Positions 28,105 through 37,277 of a stretch of DNA of 64,000 nucleotides are shown piece after piece. The position numbers and the translations under genes are program-made. Origin of the DNA: an uncultured Actinomycetota bacterium (lineage in GTDB: Bacteria > Actinomycetota > Actinomycetes > Propionibacteriales > Nocardioidaceae). Location: assembly GCA_963713255.1 (NCBI GenBank), contig CAVQLC010000002.1, positions 99,746-163,745 of the forward strand, read 5' to 3'. The stretch's first letter is position 1, and the number at the start of each line of letters is the position of its first letter. Under the pieces are notes generated by a model that saw only the letters and a program-made list of their open reading frames with translations, did no database searches and had not been told where the DNA came from.

Positions 28105-28766
28105 GGGTGCTGCTGGGGCCGGAGACCGAGGACCTGCGGACGCTCTACGCGGTGCCGCGCACGCCGTGGTTCCGGCTGAACTTCGTCAGCACCGTGGACG
28201 GCGCGGCCCAGGGGAAGGACGGGAAGAGCGGCGGGATCAACAACGCGGCCGACAAGGCGGTGTTCGACACCCTGCGCGGCCTCGCCGACGCGGTGGTGGT
28301 CGGAGCGGGGACGGCGCGCGCCGAGGGCTACCGGCCTGCGGCCGTGCCGATCGTCGTGGTCACCCGGTCCGGTGACGTGCCCCGGCTGCTGCGCGGGGCC
28401 GACCCCGGCCGCGTCCTGGCGGTGACCTGCGCCGCGTCCCCCGGCCTCGACGAGGCCCGGGCGGTCCTCGGGGACGCGCACGTGATCGTGCTCGGCGACG
28501 ACGCCGTCGACCTCGGCGCGCTGCCCGGCGCGCTGGCCGGGCGCGGTCTGCCCCACGTGCTGTGCGAGGGCGGCCCGCACCTGGCCCGGGACCTGCTCGC
28601 GGCGGGCGTGGTGGACGAGCTGTGCGCGACGACGGTGCCGCGCCTGCTCGCGGGCGCCGCGCTCGGGATCACCGACGGGGACGGCATCGACGTCCCGCTC
28701 CGGCTGCACGTCCTCCTCGAGGACGACGGCACCCTGCTCGCACGCTGGCTCGTCGCGCGGCCCTAG
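28101..28766 (+). CDS. RibD C-terminal-domain / dihydrofolate-reductase-family reductase
   Basis: M212 of track ORF 27468..28766, with ATGA overlap upstream. Reads NFVSTVDGAAQGKDGKSGGINNAADKAVFDTLRGLADAVVVGAGTARAEGY...LCEGGPHLARDLLAAGVVDELCATTVP. Confidence 0.7.
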   Translation: MRVLLGPETEDLRTLYAVPRTPWFRLNFVSTVDGAAQGKDGKSGGINNAADKAVFDTLRGLADAVVVGAGTARAEGYRPAAVPIVVVTRSGDVPRLLRGADPGRVLAVTCAASPGLDEARAVLGDAHVIVLGDDAVDLGALPGALAGRGLPHVLCEGGPHLARDLLAAGVVDELCATTVPRLLAGAALGITDGDGIDVPLRLHVLLEDDGTLLARWLVARP

Positions 28767-29816
28767 AGGCGGACGACGAGACCCGAGCCGACCAGCGCGT
28801 CCACGGCGTCCTGCACGATCCGCGGCGCGTCCGGGTGCTCCCCGTGCCGCAGCACCGAGGCCGCCACGAGCGTGTCGAGGTCCTCGGGCTGTTCGAGGGC
28901 CAGCCACACGGTCGCCCCCAGCTGTTGGAGGCGGTAGCTCATGCCTGCCACGAGAACGGTGACGGAGTCACCGACCTCCACCGCGTCGTGCCAGGGGACC
29001 CGGGCGAACAGTCCGCCAGGACCCTCGGGCGCGTCGGCTCTCCCCGGGTGGTGGCGAAACGACTCACCCTGGCCCGGCTCCGCGGCCATCAGCGCGGCGA
29101 GGTCGTCCACGTGGTCGGCGATCTCGGTGTAGCGCAGCAGCCACGGCCCCCCACCGGCCTGCAGGATCCGGGTCAGCTCGAGCAGGGGCGCGTCGAACGA
29201 GGTGACGAAGGAGACCTGGGGAAGGACGAGCTCGAGCGCCTCGTCGAGCGGGAGCAGCTCCAACCCGGTGGTGGTGTGGTCGGCGTTGCGGTCGAGGAGG
29301 ACGAGCCCGCGCAGGGTGGCTTCGGGAGGCGCCACCAGGAGTCCGAGCTCGTCCGGCCCGTGCTGCGACTTGTGGCGCGGCTGGTCGCCGTCGATGACGA
29401 CGGACAACGGCTTGGGGTAGGCGAGCACGCTCAGGTCGGCACCGACCGACACCGTCTCGTCGCTGAGGTAGCCCAGCCGTGCTCCGAGGACCCGGGCCGC
29501 GGTCGTCTTGCCGGTCCCCGAAGCCGCCACGAGCGCGAGGGCCCGGCCGTGGGGGTCGGTCACGCCGGCGGCGTGCAGGCTCATCCGCACGCCCTCGCGC
29601 TGCTGGAGGGCGGCGAGGGTGACCCGCGAGGCGAGCGTGTAGTCGGTCCGGTCCGCATCGGCGTCCGGCGCGGTCACCCGAGCGTCGACGACGGCCTCGG
29701 CGGTGCGCGGAGTCGTGCTCGGTGAGGGTCCGGGACCACTGCTCGAGCCATCGGCCCCGCGTGGGCTCGTCGGGTGGGAGCACGGCGACGCGCACGCCGA
29801 AGGCGTCCAGCACCAA
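28763..29816 (-). pseudogene. HPr-kinase-related P-loop kinase with C-terminal PqqD-like domain; one frameshift near 29700 as assembled
   Basis: Start is VLDAFGVRVAVLPPDEPTRGRWLEQWSRTLTEH (track 29064..29816). It continues in track 28763..30178 with SLHAAGVTDPHGRALALVAASGTGKTTAARVLGARLGYLSDETV (P-loop). The C-terminal ~85 aa, GMSYRLQQLGATVWLALEQPEDLDTLVAASVLRHG...VDALVGSGLVVRL, are PqqD-like. Confidence 0.6.
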
Positions 29817-29951
29817 GGGCTGGACGCGATCGTGGTCCCGGTGCTCCGAGTCGGCGCTGGTGGTGATGGGCGCGAGTCTAGGGCGACCGCACCGGGCCTC
29901 GGCGCGGTTTCGGACCGGTCCGGGCGTACGACGCCCGCGCGGCCCGTCCGG

Positions 29952-30251
29952 CTAGGCCGAGGGCGTGGGGACGACCAGTCCGCGGGCGACCAACGTCTCG
30001 ACGAACCGGGCCACGTCGTCGGCGATGGCGTCGCGCTCCGCACCGGACAGGTCCGCGGCATGGCCGACGATGTCGTCCACGGTCCCTCCCTGGGCGACGC
30101 CGTGCCAGATGGCCCACGCTCCGTCCTGGAGCAGCAGCGGCTCCCCGTCCGGGAGCCGGGCGACGTACACCTCCGCACGCGCCTCCCCGACGTGCTCGGC
30201 GTCGACCCACGCGACGTCGGCGGCCACGGCGTACCGATCCGGGCCCGTCAC
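29952..30251 (-). CDS. PqqD-family protein (RRE-like)
   Basis: Last 99 codons of chimeric track ORF 29952..32483; the GTG overlaps the upstream stop (GTGA). Reads AWVDAEHVGEARAEVYVARLPDGEPLLLQDGAWAIWHGVAQGGTVDDIVGHAADLSGAERDAIADDVARFVETLVARGLVV. Confidence 0.65.
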   Translation of the reverse strand: MTGPDRYAVAADVAWVDAEHVGEARAEVYVARLPDGEPLLLQDGAWAIWHGVAQGGTVDDIVGHAADLSGAERDAIADDVARFVETLVARGLVVPTPSA

Positions 30252-31159
30252 GGTGCCGGGCGCTTCCGGAGGTGCGCCCGCGCCATCCGGGCGCTCTCGC
30301 GGACGAGCTTCCCGATCCTGCCGAGCTGGGCGGTCAGGACATCGGCCCGGGTGGGCGTGCGGCCGAGCTCGATCCGCAGGTGGTCGCGGTTGACGCGGGC
30401 GGCGGAGACGACGACCCGCCAGCGCCCGCTCGGGGAGGGGGCCGCCCGGTAGCGCGCCCGCCACTCGTCGAGCCGGCCGCCACCGTCGCGGTAGAAGTGC
30501 CAGAGGGCGTAGCTCGGGTCGCCGCGGTGCTCCTCGAGGTGACCGAGGGCGGCGGCGAGAGCGACCTGTCCACCGATCCGACCCGCGAGGTCGATCACGG
30601 CAGCGCGCTGCTGCGGGCTCTGCTCGTTCCAGGTCAGCTCGACGTCGCGGTAGCCGGGCGACCTGGCCGAGTGGAGGAGCAGGACGAGGAGCTGGGCGGT
30701 GCGCCCGGGCACCGGACAGGGGTAGTGGGCGATGGGCTGGAGGAACGACTCCTCGCTCAGGGCGCTGAACGTGTCGGCGGGGCTGGCCGTGGCCCCCGGC
30801 CAGCGGGCATGGAGGTCGGCGTAGCCCCAGTGCGGATGCCACCAGTTGGCGGCGTGCTCGAAGGCCGAGCCCGAGCTCACGTGCGAGTACCGCTCCCAGC
30901 CGTGGTCGCGGAGGGCGCCCTCCATGGTGGAGAACTGGTCGGGCTGCACCAGCACGTCGACGTCCGAGCTGAGCCTGCCGGGCGCGCGCAGCCCGGCCAG
31001 GAGGGCCGGCCCCTTGAGGTGCAGCAACGAGACCCCGACCTCCTCGGCGATCCGTTGCACGACGGGGTGGGCGAGCTGCACCCGGGCGAAGGTGGGGATC
31101 TCCACGGGCGACGAGGACACCTGGCCCCGAGGGGGGTCGGTGACGGGCTCCTCGCGCAT
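30248..31159 (-). CDS. NTP_transf_5-type nucleotidyltransferase family protein
   Basis: Intact 303-aa ORF: VSLLHLKGPALLAGLRAPGRLSSDVDVLVQPDQFSTMEGALRDHGWE...WHPHWGYADLHARWPG. Confidence 0.65.
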   Translation of the reverse strand: MREEPVTDPPRGQVSSSPVEIPTFARVQLAHPVVQRIAEEVGVSLLHLKGPALLAGLRAPGRLSSDVDVLVQPDQFSTMEGALRDHGWERYSHVSSGSAFEHAANWWHPHWGYADLHARWPGATASPADTFSALSEESFLQPIAHYPCPVPGRTAQLLVLLLHSARSPGYRDVELTWNEQSPQQRAAVIDLAGRIGGQVALAAALGHLEEHRGDPSYALWHFYRDGGGRLDEWRARYRAAPSPSGRWRVVVSAARVNRDHLRIELGRTPTRADVLTAQLGRIGKLVRESARMARAHLRKRPAP

Positions 31160-31208
31160 GCGGCAATCCTGCCACTGAGCAGCCCGTGCTCACGTAGACT
31201 CGGGCGTC

Positions 31209-32715
31209 GTGACCTTCCTCGACTTCCTGCGGCTGACGCGCGCCAACTTCTTGGTGATCTTCGGCTGCGTGACGCTGGGAGTCCTGGCGATGTTCGCGTA
31301 CACGTTGCGCCAGCCGGTCGTCTACACCGCCACCTCCCAGGGGTACGTCGTGGTCGGCACCGCCGACACGTCCGGTGAGCTGCTCACCAACATGACCCTC
31401 CAGGAGCGGGCGGCAGGGACCTACGCCAACCTGGTGACCGACCGCCGGGTGGGCGAGCAGGTCGCGGAGCTGCTCGGTCTCGACCTGTCGCCGGAGGCGA
31501 TCGCGGGCAGCCTGAGCGCCTCGGCGGGCGAGGACAGCAGCCAGATCACCGTGTCCGCCAGCGCCGGCACCCCGACGGAGGCACGGGACCTGGCCAACGC
31601 GGCCGTCTACGCACTCGGCGAGGTCATCCACGACGTTGAGGGGTCTGACCTGATCAGGCTGGAGTCCAGCGCGAAGGCGGTGCTCCCGGGGGCTCCCTCG
31701 TCGCCCGACTACCAGCGCAACCTCCTGATGGGTGCGCTGGCGGGGCTGGTGCTGGGCTACGCCGTCGCGCTGCTGCGCCGGACGGTCGACCGCAAGGTCC
31801 GCACGGTGGCACAAGTGGAGCAGGCGGGGATCGCGTCGGTGGTCGGCATCGTGCCGGTCGCTGACCCGTTGTCCCGCCGGAGCCGCGGGGTCCGAGAGGA
31901 CCTGGGAGTCGTGGCGGAGGCCTTCCGGCAGCTCCGCACCAACCTTCGCTTCGTCGACGTCGACCACCCGCCTCGGAGCATCGTGGTGACCAGCGCGAAC
32001 GCCGCACGAGGGCAAGTCGACGGTCTCCTCCAACCTGGCTCGGATGATGGCCGCGGCCGGGCAGCCCACGCTGCTCATCGACGCCGACCTGCGGCGACCC
32101 AGCCTGGCCACGACCTTCGACCTCGATCCCGCCGTCGGGCTGACGCAGGTGCTGGTCGGAGACCTGCGGTCGTCCGACGTCCTGCAGGAGACCCGGACGC
32201 CCAACCTGCAGGTGATCACCGCGGGGCGCATCCCACCCAACCCCAGTGAGCTGCTGGGCTCCCAGCGCATGCACGCCCTCGTGGACGAGCTGAGCAAGGA
32301 GTTCATGGTCATCCTGGACGCGCCGCCCCTCCTGCCGGTGACCGATGCCGGGCTGCTGACCGTCACGAGCGACGGTGCGCTCCTGGTGATCGCCGTCGGC
32401 AAGACCGCCGTGGACGAGGTCGTGCTGTGCCGCAAGGTGCTGGACCAGGTCGGCGGCCGGCTGCTCGGCGGCGTGCTGAACATGGCCCCGAGCCGCGGGC
32501 TCGGCGCCGTGGTCTACGGCTACGGCGGGGGGAGCTTCACCCAGGGATACGGAGAGCCGGCCGGCCGGCAGCGCGGCCGGCGCGGAGCGAAGGCCCACCG
32601 GGACAACAACGACGAGGTGTCCGAAGAGGTTCTGGTGGCCGGAGCGAAGAAGGCGGAGGTGGCGACCGAGCCGCCGGGGTCCGGCAAGTCGCGCTCGTCC
32701 AAGCCCGTCGGCTAG
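31209..32715 (+). pseudogene. polysaccharide co-polymerase / BY-type tyrosine autokinase (Wzc-like); one frameshift just before Walker A (about 31995-32005)
   Basis: Track 31209..32249 gives the N-terminal TM helix and Wzz-like domain up to RSIVVTSANA. The shifted frame (track 32044..32715) gives EGKSTVSSNLARMMAAAGQPTLLIDADLRRP, PPNPSELLGS, ILDAPPLLPVTDA and a YGYGGGSFTQGYG tail. Confidence 0.8.
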
Positions 32716-32786
32716 CACCCACGCGGTAGGTTGCGGGTCGTGAGCCACGACCCGCCGACCGGAGCAGACGAGCGGACGGACGCCTA

Positions 32787-33646
32787 GTGCGCAGCCGGTA
32801 CGTCGTGGTCTGGGTCGTGCTGCTCGTCGCCCTGAACGCTGCCATGGTGTGGTACCTGCGGGACCGCTTCGCCCATCCGCCCGAGCCCTCGGCGTCCGTC
32901 GGCCCCGCCCTGGTCCCCGCCCCGGTCCGCCGACGCCGCCACCAAGGTCGACGGCCCGGTGCTGATGGCGGGCGCGACCGACGGGAGCGTGATCCAGGTG
33001 GCGCGCGGTGACTGCGAGGGTCGCGAGCCGGCGAGGACCTGGGTGGCGCGGGGGACGGAGCCGGCCGGGCAGGTGACCGTGCCCGGCCTGTCCGAGGCGC
33101 TCGCCGTCGGGCTCACCGAGGCCGGGTGGTGGGTGATCGGCACCGACGGGACCTGTGCAGTGACCGCCTGGTCGAGCGACTCGCGGGCCGGGATCGAGTG
33201 GCGCAACGCGAAGCTTCCGGTCGACGCCTGGTACCTGGATCCGGTCTCGCCCGGTCGGGTCATGTCGCCGCGGGGATCGGTCCGAGTGGCATCCGGCTGT
33301 GAGGCCACCTGGGTGCAGGCCGTGGGACAGCAGGTCTACGCCCTGTGCGCGGACGGGCGCGCCCTGAGCACGGACCGCACCGACGCGGCGGTTCGTCCCG
33401 ATCGACGGGGCCGAGTCCGTCGTCGCCATGGCCGCCGCCCCGGGCGGCACGCTGGCGCTGTTGACGACGACATCCGAGTGCGGCGCGGGGCTCCTGGTCA
33501 CCGTCGATGGTGCGGCCACCGACGAGTCGTGCATCAGCCGCACCAAGGAGCCCCTCGGCGTCGCGTGGACCGGAGACACCCTGGTCGCCCAGGTCGACAC
33601 CGACCTGCGTCGACCAGTCACAGGGCTGGCAGCCCCGACTCTGACC
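32787..33646 (+). pseudogene. hypothetical membrane-anchored/exported protein; at least 2 frameshifts, 3' end uncertain
   Basis: GTG 32787 gives VRSRYVVVWVVLLVALNAAMVWYL (signal anchor). Protein-like sequence continues in track 32959..33681 and 33428..35104 (AMAAAPGGTLALLTTTSECGAGLLVTVDG). I recognise no family. Confidence 0.35.
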
Positions 33647-35101
33647 TCAGTACGCGCCGCGAGCGGCGACGACCGCGCTGACCGTCTTGAGGAGGATGAC
33701 CAGGTCCTGGACCATCGACCAGTTGTCGACGTAGTAGAGGTCGAGCCGGACGGTGTCCTCCCAGGTCAGGTCCGAGCGACCCGAGATCTGCCACAAGCCC
33801 GTGAGGCCCGGGCGGACGTGCAGGCGGCGGGTGGCGTCGGTCTCGTAGCGGAGCACCTCGGACGGCAGCGGTGGGCGCGGGCCGACCAGGCTCATCTCGC
33901 CCCGCAGGACGTTGACCAGCTGGGGCAGCTCGTCGATCGAGTAGCGCCGCAGCCAGCGGCCCGGACCGGTCACCCGCGGGTCCACCCGCATCTTGAAGAG
34001 CACGTCCTGCCCGTCGGCCCCGAGGGACGGCAGGATCTGCTCGGCCTCCAGCACCATGGTGCGCAGCTTGAGGCACTCGAAGCTCTTGCCGTCGCGACCC
34101 ACGCGGGTCTGCCGGAAGAGCACCGGTCCGCCGTCGTGCAGCTTGATCCGCAGCGCCGACCAGAGCCACAGCGGCGCGGTGAGCACCAGCAGGGCCAGGG
34201 AGCCGACGATGTCGAAGACCCGCTTGGCCCAGTGGGCGGCGTCCTGGGCCCGTCCGTGGCCGATGTAGACGAGCGGCAGGCCGGCGACCGGACGCATCTC
34301 CACGCGACCGGCGGCGACGTCGGTGAGGCTGGGCGCGACCGCGATCTGCAGGTCCCGCTGCCCCTCGAGCGCCCACGCCGTCTGGCGCAGCGAGCTGCCG
34401 GGAGCGAAGGCACCCTCGGCGATCAGGAGGGTGTCGACCTGGCGACCCGCGAGGACCTCGGCGACGTCCGCGGTGCGCCCCAGGATCGGGATGCCCGTGC
34501 GGGTCTCGGGGTACGGGTGGTCGTTGGCCGTGACGCAGCCGATGATCGAGTAGCCGAGCCACGACTCGCGCTGGAGCACGTCGGCGAGCGCCTCGACGTG
34601 CCGCGGCGCCCCGGCGATCAGGATCCGCCGGGACAGCCGACCCCGGGACCGGAGCCGCTGGATGACCCGGCGGCCGGCGCACCGGCTGAGCAGCAGCAGC
34701 GGGATCCCGAGCGCGAACAGCAGCACGTAGAAGCCGCGCGACAGCGGGAACCGGGCCAGGTAGCAGCCGATCCCGACGAGGCCGGCGGCGGCCAGCGACG
34801 CGGTGAAGACGCGGCGGTACTCCTCGGCCCCGGCCGCGAAGTGCGAGTCGTCGTAGGCGCCGCTGATGACGAGAGCGGCCAGCCAGCCGACGACGATGAA
34901 GAGGCCGGCAGCGCTGACGTTCTCAGGGATGTCACCGACCGTCTCGAACATCGGCAGCGTGTTGCGACCGACGGCCGCGATCAGGGTGACCCCCACGATC
35001 ACCAGCAGGTCGGCCGCGGCCGTCGTGAGTGCGAGTGGCGAGCGCGCGCGAGATCGACGAACTCCTTGGTCGACGCGCGCGGACGCAAACGTTTTCGACA
35101 T
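33647..35101 (-). CDS. polyprenyl-phosphate glycosyl-1-phosphate transferase (WbaP/EpsB-type priming sugar transferase)
   Basis: Intact 484-aa ORF with N-terminal TM helices. Motifs: KRVFDIVGSLALLVL, LFRQTRVGRDGKSFECLKLRTM, DPRVTGPGRWLRRYSIDELPQLVNVLRGEMSLVGPRP, RPGLTGLWQISGRSDL. Confidence 0.9.
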   Translation of the reverse strand: MSKTFASARVDQGVRRSRARSPLALTTAAADLLVIVGVTLIAAVGRNTLPMFETVGDIPENVSAAGLFIVVGWLAALVISGAYDDSHFAAGAEEYRRVFTASLAAAGLVGIGCYLARFPLSRGFYVLLFALGIPLLLLSRCAGRRVIQRLRSRGRLSRRILIAGAPRHVEALADVLQRESWLGYSIIGCVTANDHPYPETRTGIPILGRTADVAEVLAGRQVDTLLIAEGAFAPGSSLRQTAWALEGQRDLQIAVAPSLTDVAAGRVEMRPVAGLPLVYIGHGRAQDAAHWAKRVFDIVGSLALLVLTAPLWLWSALRIKLHDGGPVLFRQTRVGRDGKSFECLKLRTMVLEAEQILPSLGADGQDVLFKMRVDPRVTGPGRWLRRYSIDELPQLVNVLRGEMSLVGPRPPLPSEVLRYETDATRRLHVRPGLTGLWQISGRSDLTWEDTVRLDLYYVDNWSMVQDLVILLKTVSAVVAARGAY

Positions 35102-35103
35102 TG

Positions 35104-35152
35104 AACCCCCCCGGATTCCCCATGCGAAAAACCCCCCCGGTTCCTCCCCATG
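35104..35152. repeat. two copies of a ~21-nt direct repeat, each with a C7 (G7 on the coding strand) tract, just upstream of the priming transferase start
   Basis: 35104-35124 is AACCCCCCCGGATTCCCCATG and 35130-35152 is AACCCCCCCGGTTCCTCCCCATG. They lie in the 109-nt, lower-GC gap between the GT4 stop (35211) and the transferase ATG (35101). Confidence 0.6.
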
Positions 35153-35210
35153 AGCTGTCCCGATGGTAACTCGGGTCCCGCGAGTTGCGCCCGGATGAAT
35201 CCAGATTTTG

Positions 35211-36326
35211 CTATAGGTCTGGTCCAGTGAGCAGCGTCACCTCGTCGCGCAGGCGCGCGGCGAACGGAGCCGCGGTGAACCGCGCCGCGTGGTCGGTCAG
35301 CGCCGTCGTCGACCACGACGTCCGGGCCGCCTCGTCCAACGCCCGCCTGATCGCGCCGGGCTCGCTGCGGTCGAAGAAGAGTCCCGTGCGTCCCTCCACG
35401 ATGGTGTCGAGGTAGCCCCCGGCGCGGAGCGCCAGCGTGGGACGTCCGAACGCCGCCGCCTCCAGCGGGGTGAGCCCGAAGTCCTCGAGGCTGGGCGCCA
35501 CCAGCTGGACGGCGTGCGCGTAGACCCAGCGGAGCTGCGCGTCGGTGAGGCTGGAGACCAGGCGCATCCGCGGGCCGAGCCGCGCCCGGAGCCGCTGCTC
35601 CTCCGGCCCGTGGCCGACGATGACGAGCCGGTCGGGGAGGTCGGCGAACGCCTCGACCACCTTGTCGACGTTCTTGTACGGCAGCAGGCGGGAGACCACG
35701 AGGCTGTACCCGAGGTCCTCCCACGGCACCAGCTCGGGCACCGGCTCCTGCTCAGCCGAGGCGTCCACGCCGTGCGGCGGGGGCACCACGTCGGCGTCGA
35801 TGCCGTAGGCGGCCTTGATCCGGTCGCGGACCGTCGTCGAGTTCGCCAGGTAGCGGTCCGCGCGCACCGCAGCCCGGCGGTCCCAGCGCCGCAGCGGCGG
35901 CGCCCCGAGCGCCAGCGCGAGCCGGCCGGTCCGGGCGCGCGAGCTGCTGCCGCCGAGGTAGTCGTCGGCCTGGTAGAGCCAGCGCGCGGGGTTGTGGCAG
36001 TAGACGAGGCGCCGACCGCTGATGTCGAAACCGTGCGCCCAGCCGCTCGAGGACACGACCGTCACGTCGGCGTCGACCCGGAGCCGGCTCGAGGCCGCCG
36101 CGAGGAGCGGGAGCGCGGCCCGGTGGTGCCGGCGCAGCGGGCCGAACCGGTCGAGGGCGGACGTGACGATCCGGGCGTCGCGGAACTCGGGGTAGGTGCT
36201 CTCGGGGTCGTAGAGAGTCGTGTAGAGGGTGGCGTCGGGGAACGCCTCGAGCATGGTGAGGACCACGCGCTCGGCCCCGCCGCGCTGGGTGAGGTAGTCG
36301 TGGGCGATGGCGACGGTCGGTCCCAT
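35211..36326 (-). CDS. GT4-family glycosyltransferase
   Basis: Last 371 codons of chimeric track ORF 35211..37880: MGPTVAIAHDYLTQRGGAERVVL...SRLLPYKNVDKVVEAF...VAPSLEDFGLTPLEAAAFGRPTLALRAGGYLDTIVEGRTGLFF (E-x7-E region). Confidence 0.8.
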   Translation of the reverse strand: MGPTVAIAHDYLTQRGGAERVVLTMLEAFPDATLYTTLYDPESTYPEFRDARIVTSALDRFGPLRRHHRAALPLLAAASSRLRVDADVTVVSSSGWAHGFDISGRRLVYCHNPARWLYQADDYLGGSSSRARTGRLALALGAPPLRRWDRRAAVRADRYLANSTTVRDRIKAAYGIDADVVPPPHGVDASAEQEPVPELVPWEDLGYSLVVSRLLPYKNVDKVVEAFADLPDRLVIVGHGPEEQRLRARLGPRMRLVSSLTDAQLRWVYAHAVQLVAPSLEDFGLTPLEAAAFGRPTLALRAGGYLDTIVEGRTGLFFDRSEPGAIRRALDEAARTSWSTTALTDHAARFTAAPFAARLRDEVTLLTGPDL

Positions 36327-36328
36327 GG

Positions 36329-37277
36329 CTAGATCCGCCCCTCGGTGCGGTCGGCGCCGTGGCCCGCGAGCGCGGCCCCCTCGACCAGGACCGCCACCAG
36401 CTTCTCGGCGACGGGCACCGGGACGAACGGCACCACGCGGTCGACCGCGCGGCCCAGCCCGGCCAGGCGATCCTCGGTCGCGAGCCGCGCGCTCCCGGCC
36501 ACCGCGGCGCCCCACCACCCGTGACCGGCCGAGGGCGACGGCATCAGTGCCTCGACCCCGTCGTCCGCGTGCTGCTCGACGAAGTGCTGCCGGGCCGCCC
36601 CCGAGTAGTAGGCGCGCAGGGCGCGGTCGCCCGTCGTCGCCGCCGCACCGTGGTGCAGGGCCTCGACGTCGGGCTCGACGGAGATCGGGACGCCGGCCCG
36701 GTGCAGCCGGTACCCCCAGTCCACGTCCTCCCAGCCGTAGGCGCGGTAGCTCACGTCGTACTCCCCGACCCGGCGCCACGTGTCGGCGGTGACCGAGACG
36801 TTGGCGGCCCAGTAGCGCCACGCCTGGTCCGGGGGGGAGGCGTACGCCGCCCGGCGGAAGCGGCGGTCGGCGCGCTCGCCGTACGCCCGCGCGTAGGGGC
36901 CCGGCGCGAAGACGTTGCGGCACAGCCCCACCACCCCGATCGGCCCGTCGGCGGCGTCGTGGTGGGCGGCGTGCCGGGCGAGGTGCGCGTCGGCGAGCTC
37001 GAGGTCGTCGTCGGAGCGGAGGAGCACGTCGCCGGTGGCCGCGCCGAAGCCGGCGTTGAGGGCCGCGGAGCGCCCCTGGTTCTCGGGGAGCACGAGCGTG
37101 CGGACCGGGAGGTCGCCCGCCAGGCGCGCCACGACCTGCTCCGACCCGTCGATGTCGCCGTCGACGACCACGACGGCCTCCCAGCTCGGATGCGTCTGGC
37201 GGCGCAGCGACGCGAGCAGCAGCGGCAGCCGGCTGCGCGCCGCCGCGGGTCGGCACCACCACGGACACGGTCGTCAC
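36329..37277 (-). pseudogene. GT2-family glycosyltransferase; one frameshift near 37230 as assembled
   Basis: GTG 37277 (GTGA overlap) gives VTTVSVVVPTRGG. The shifted frame gives RLPLLLASLRRQTHPSWEAVVVVDGDIDGS...ENQGRSAALNAG...LRSDDDL (track 36329..37171). Confidence 0.7.

Noticed and set aside
29817-29951. Searched the 135-nt gap between PqqD-2 and the HprK-like kinase for a substrate peptide gene
   Set aside because: There is no ATG, and only a 4-codon GTG ORF. The gap contains small palindromes (CGGACCGGTCCG) but no plausible coding sequence.
29952-32483. 843-aa minus-strand ORF
   Set aside because: Only the last 99 codons (PqqD-like) look genuine. Upstream it runs out of frame across the NTP_transf_5 gene (a different minus-strand frame) and then antisense through the plus-strand BY-kinase.
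33428-35104. 558-aa plus-strand ORF
   Set aside because: Only its first ~65 codons continue the hypothetical exported protein. The remainder is antisense to the intact priming glycosyltransferase.
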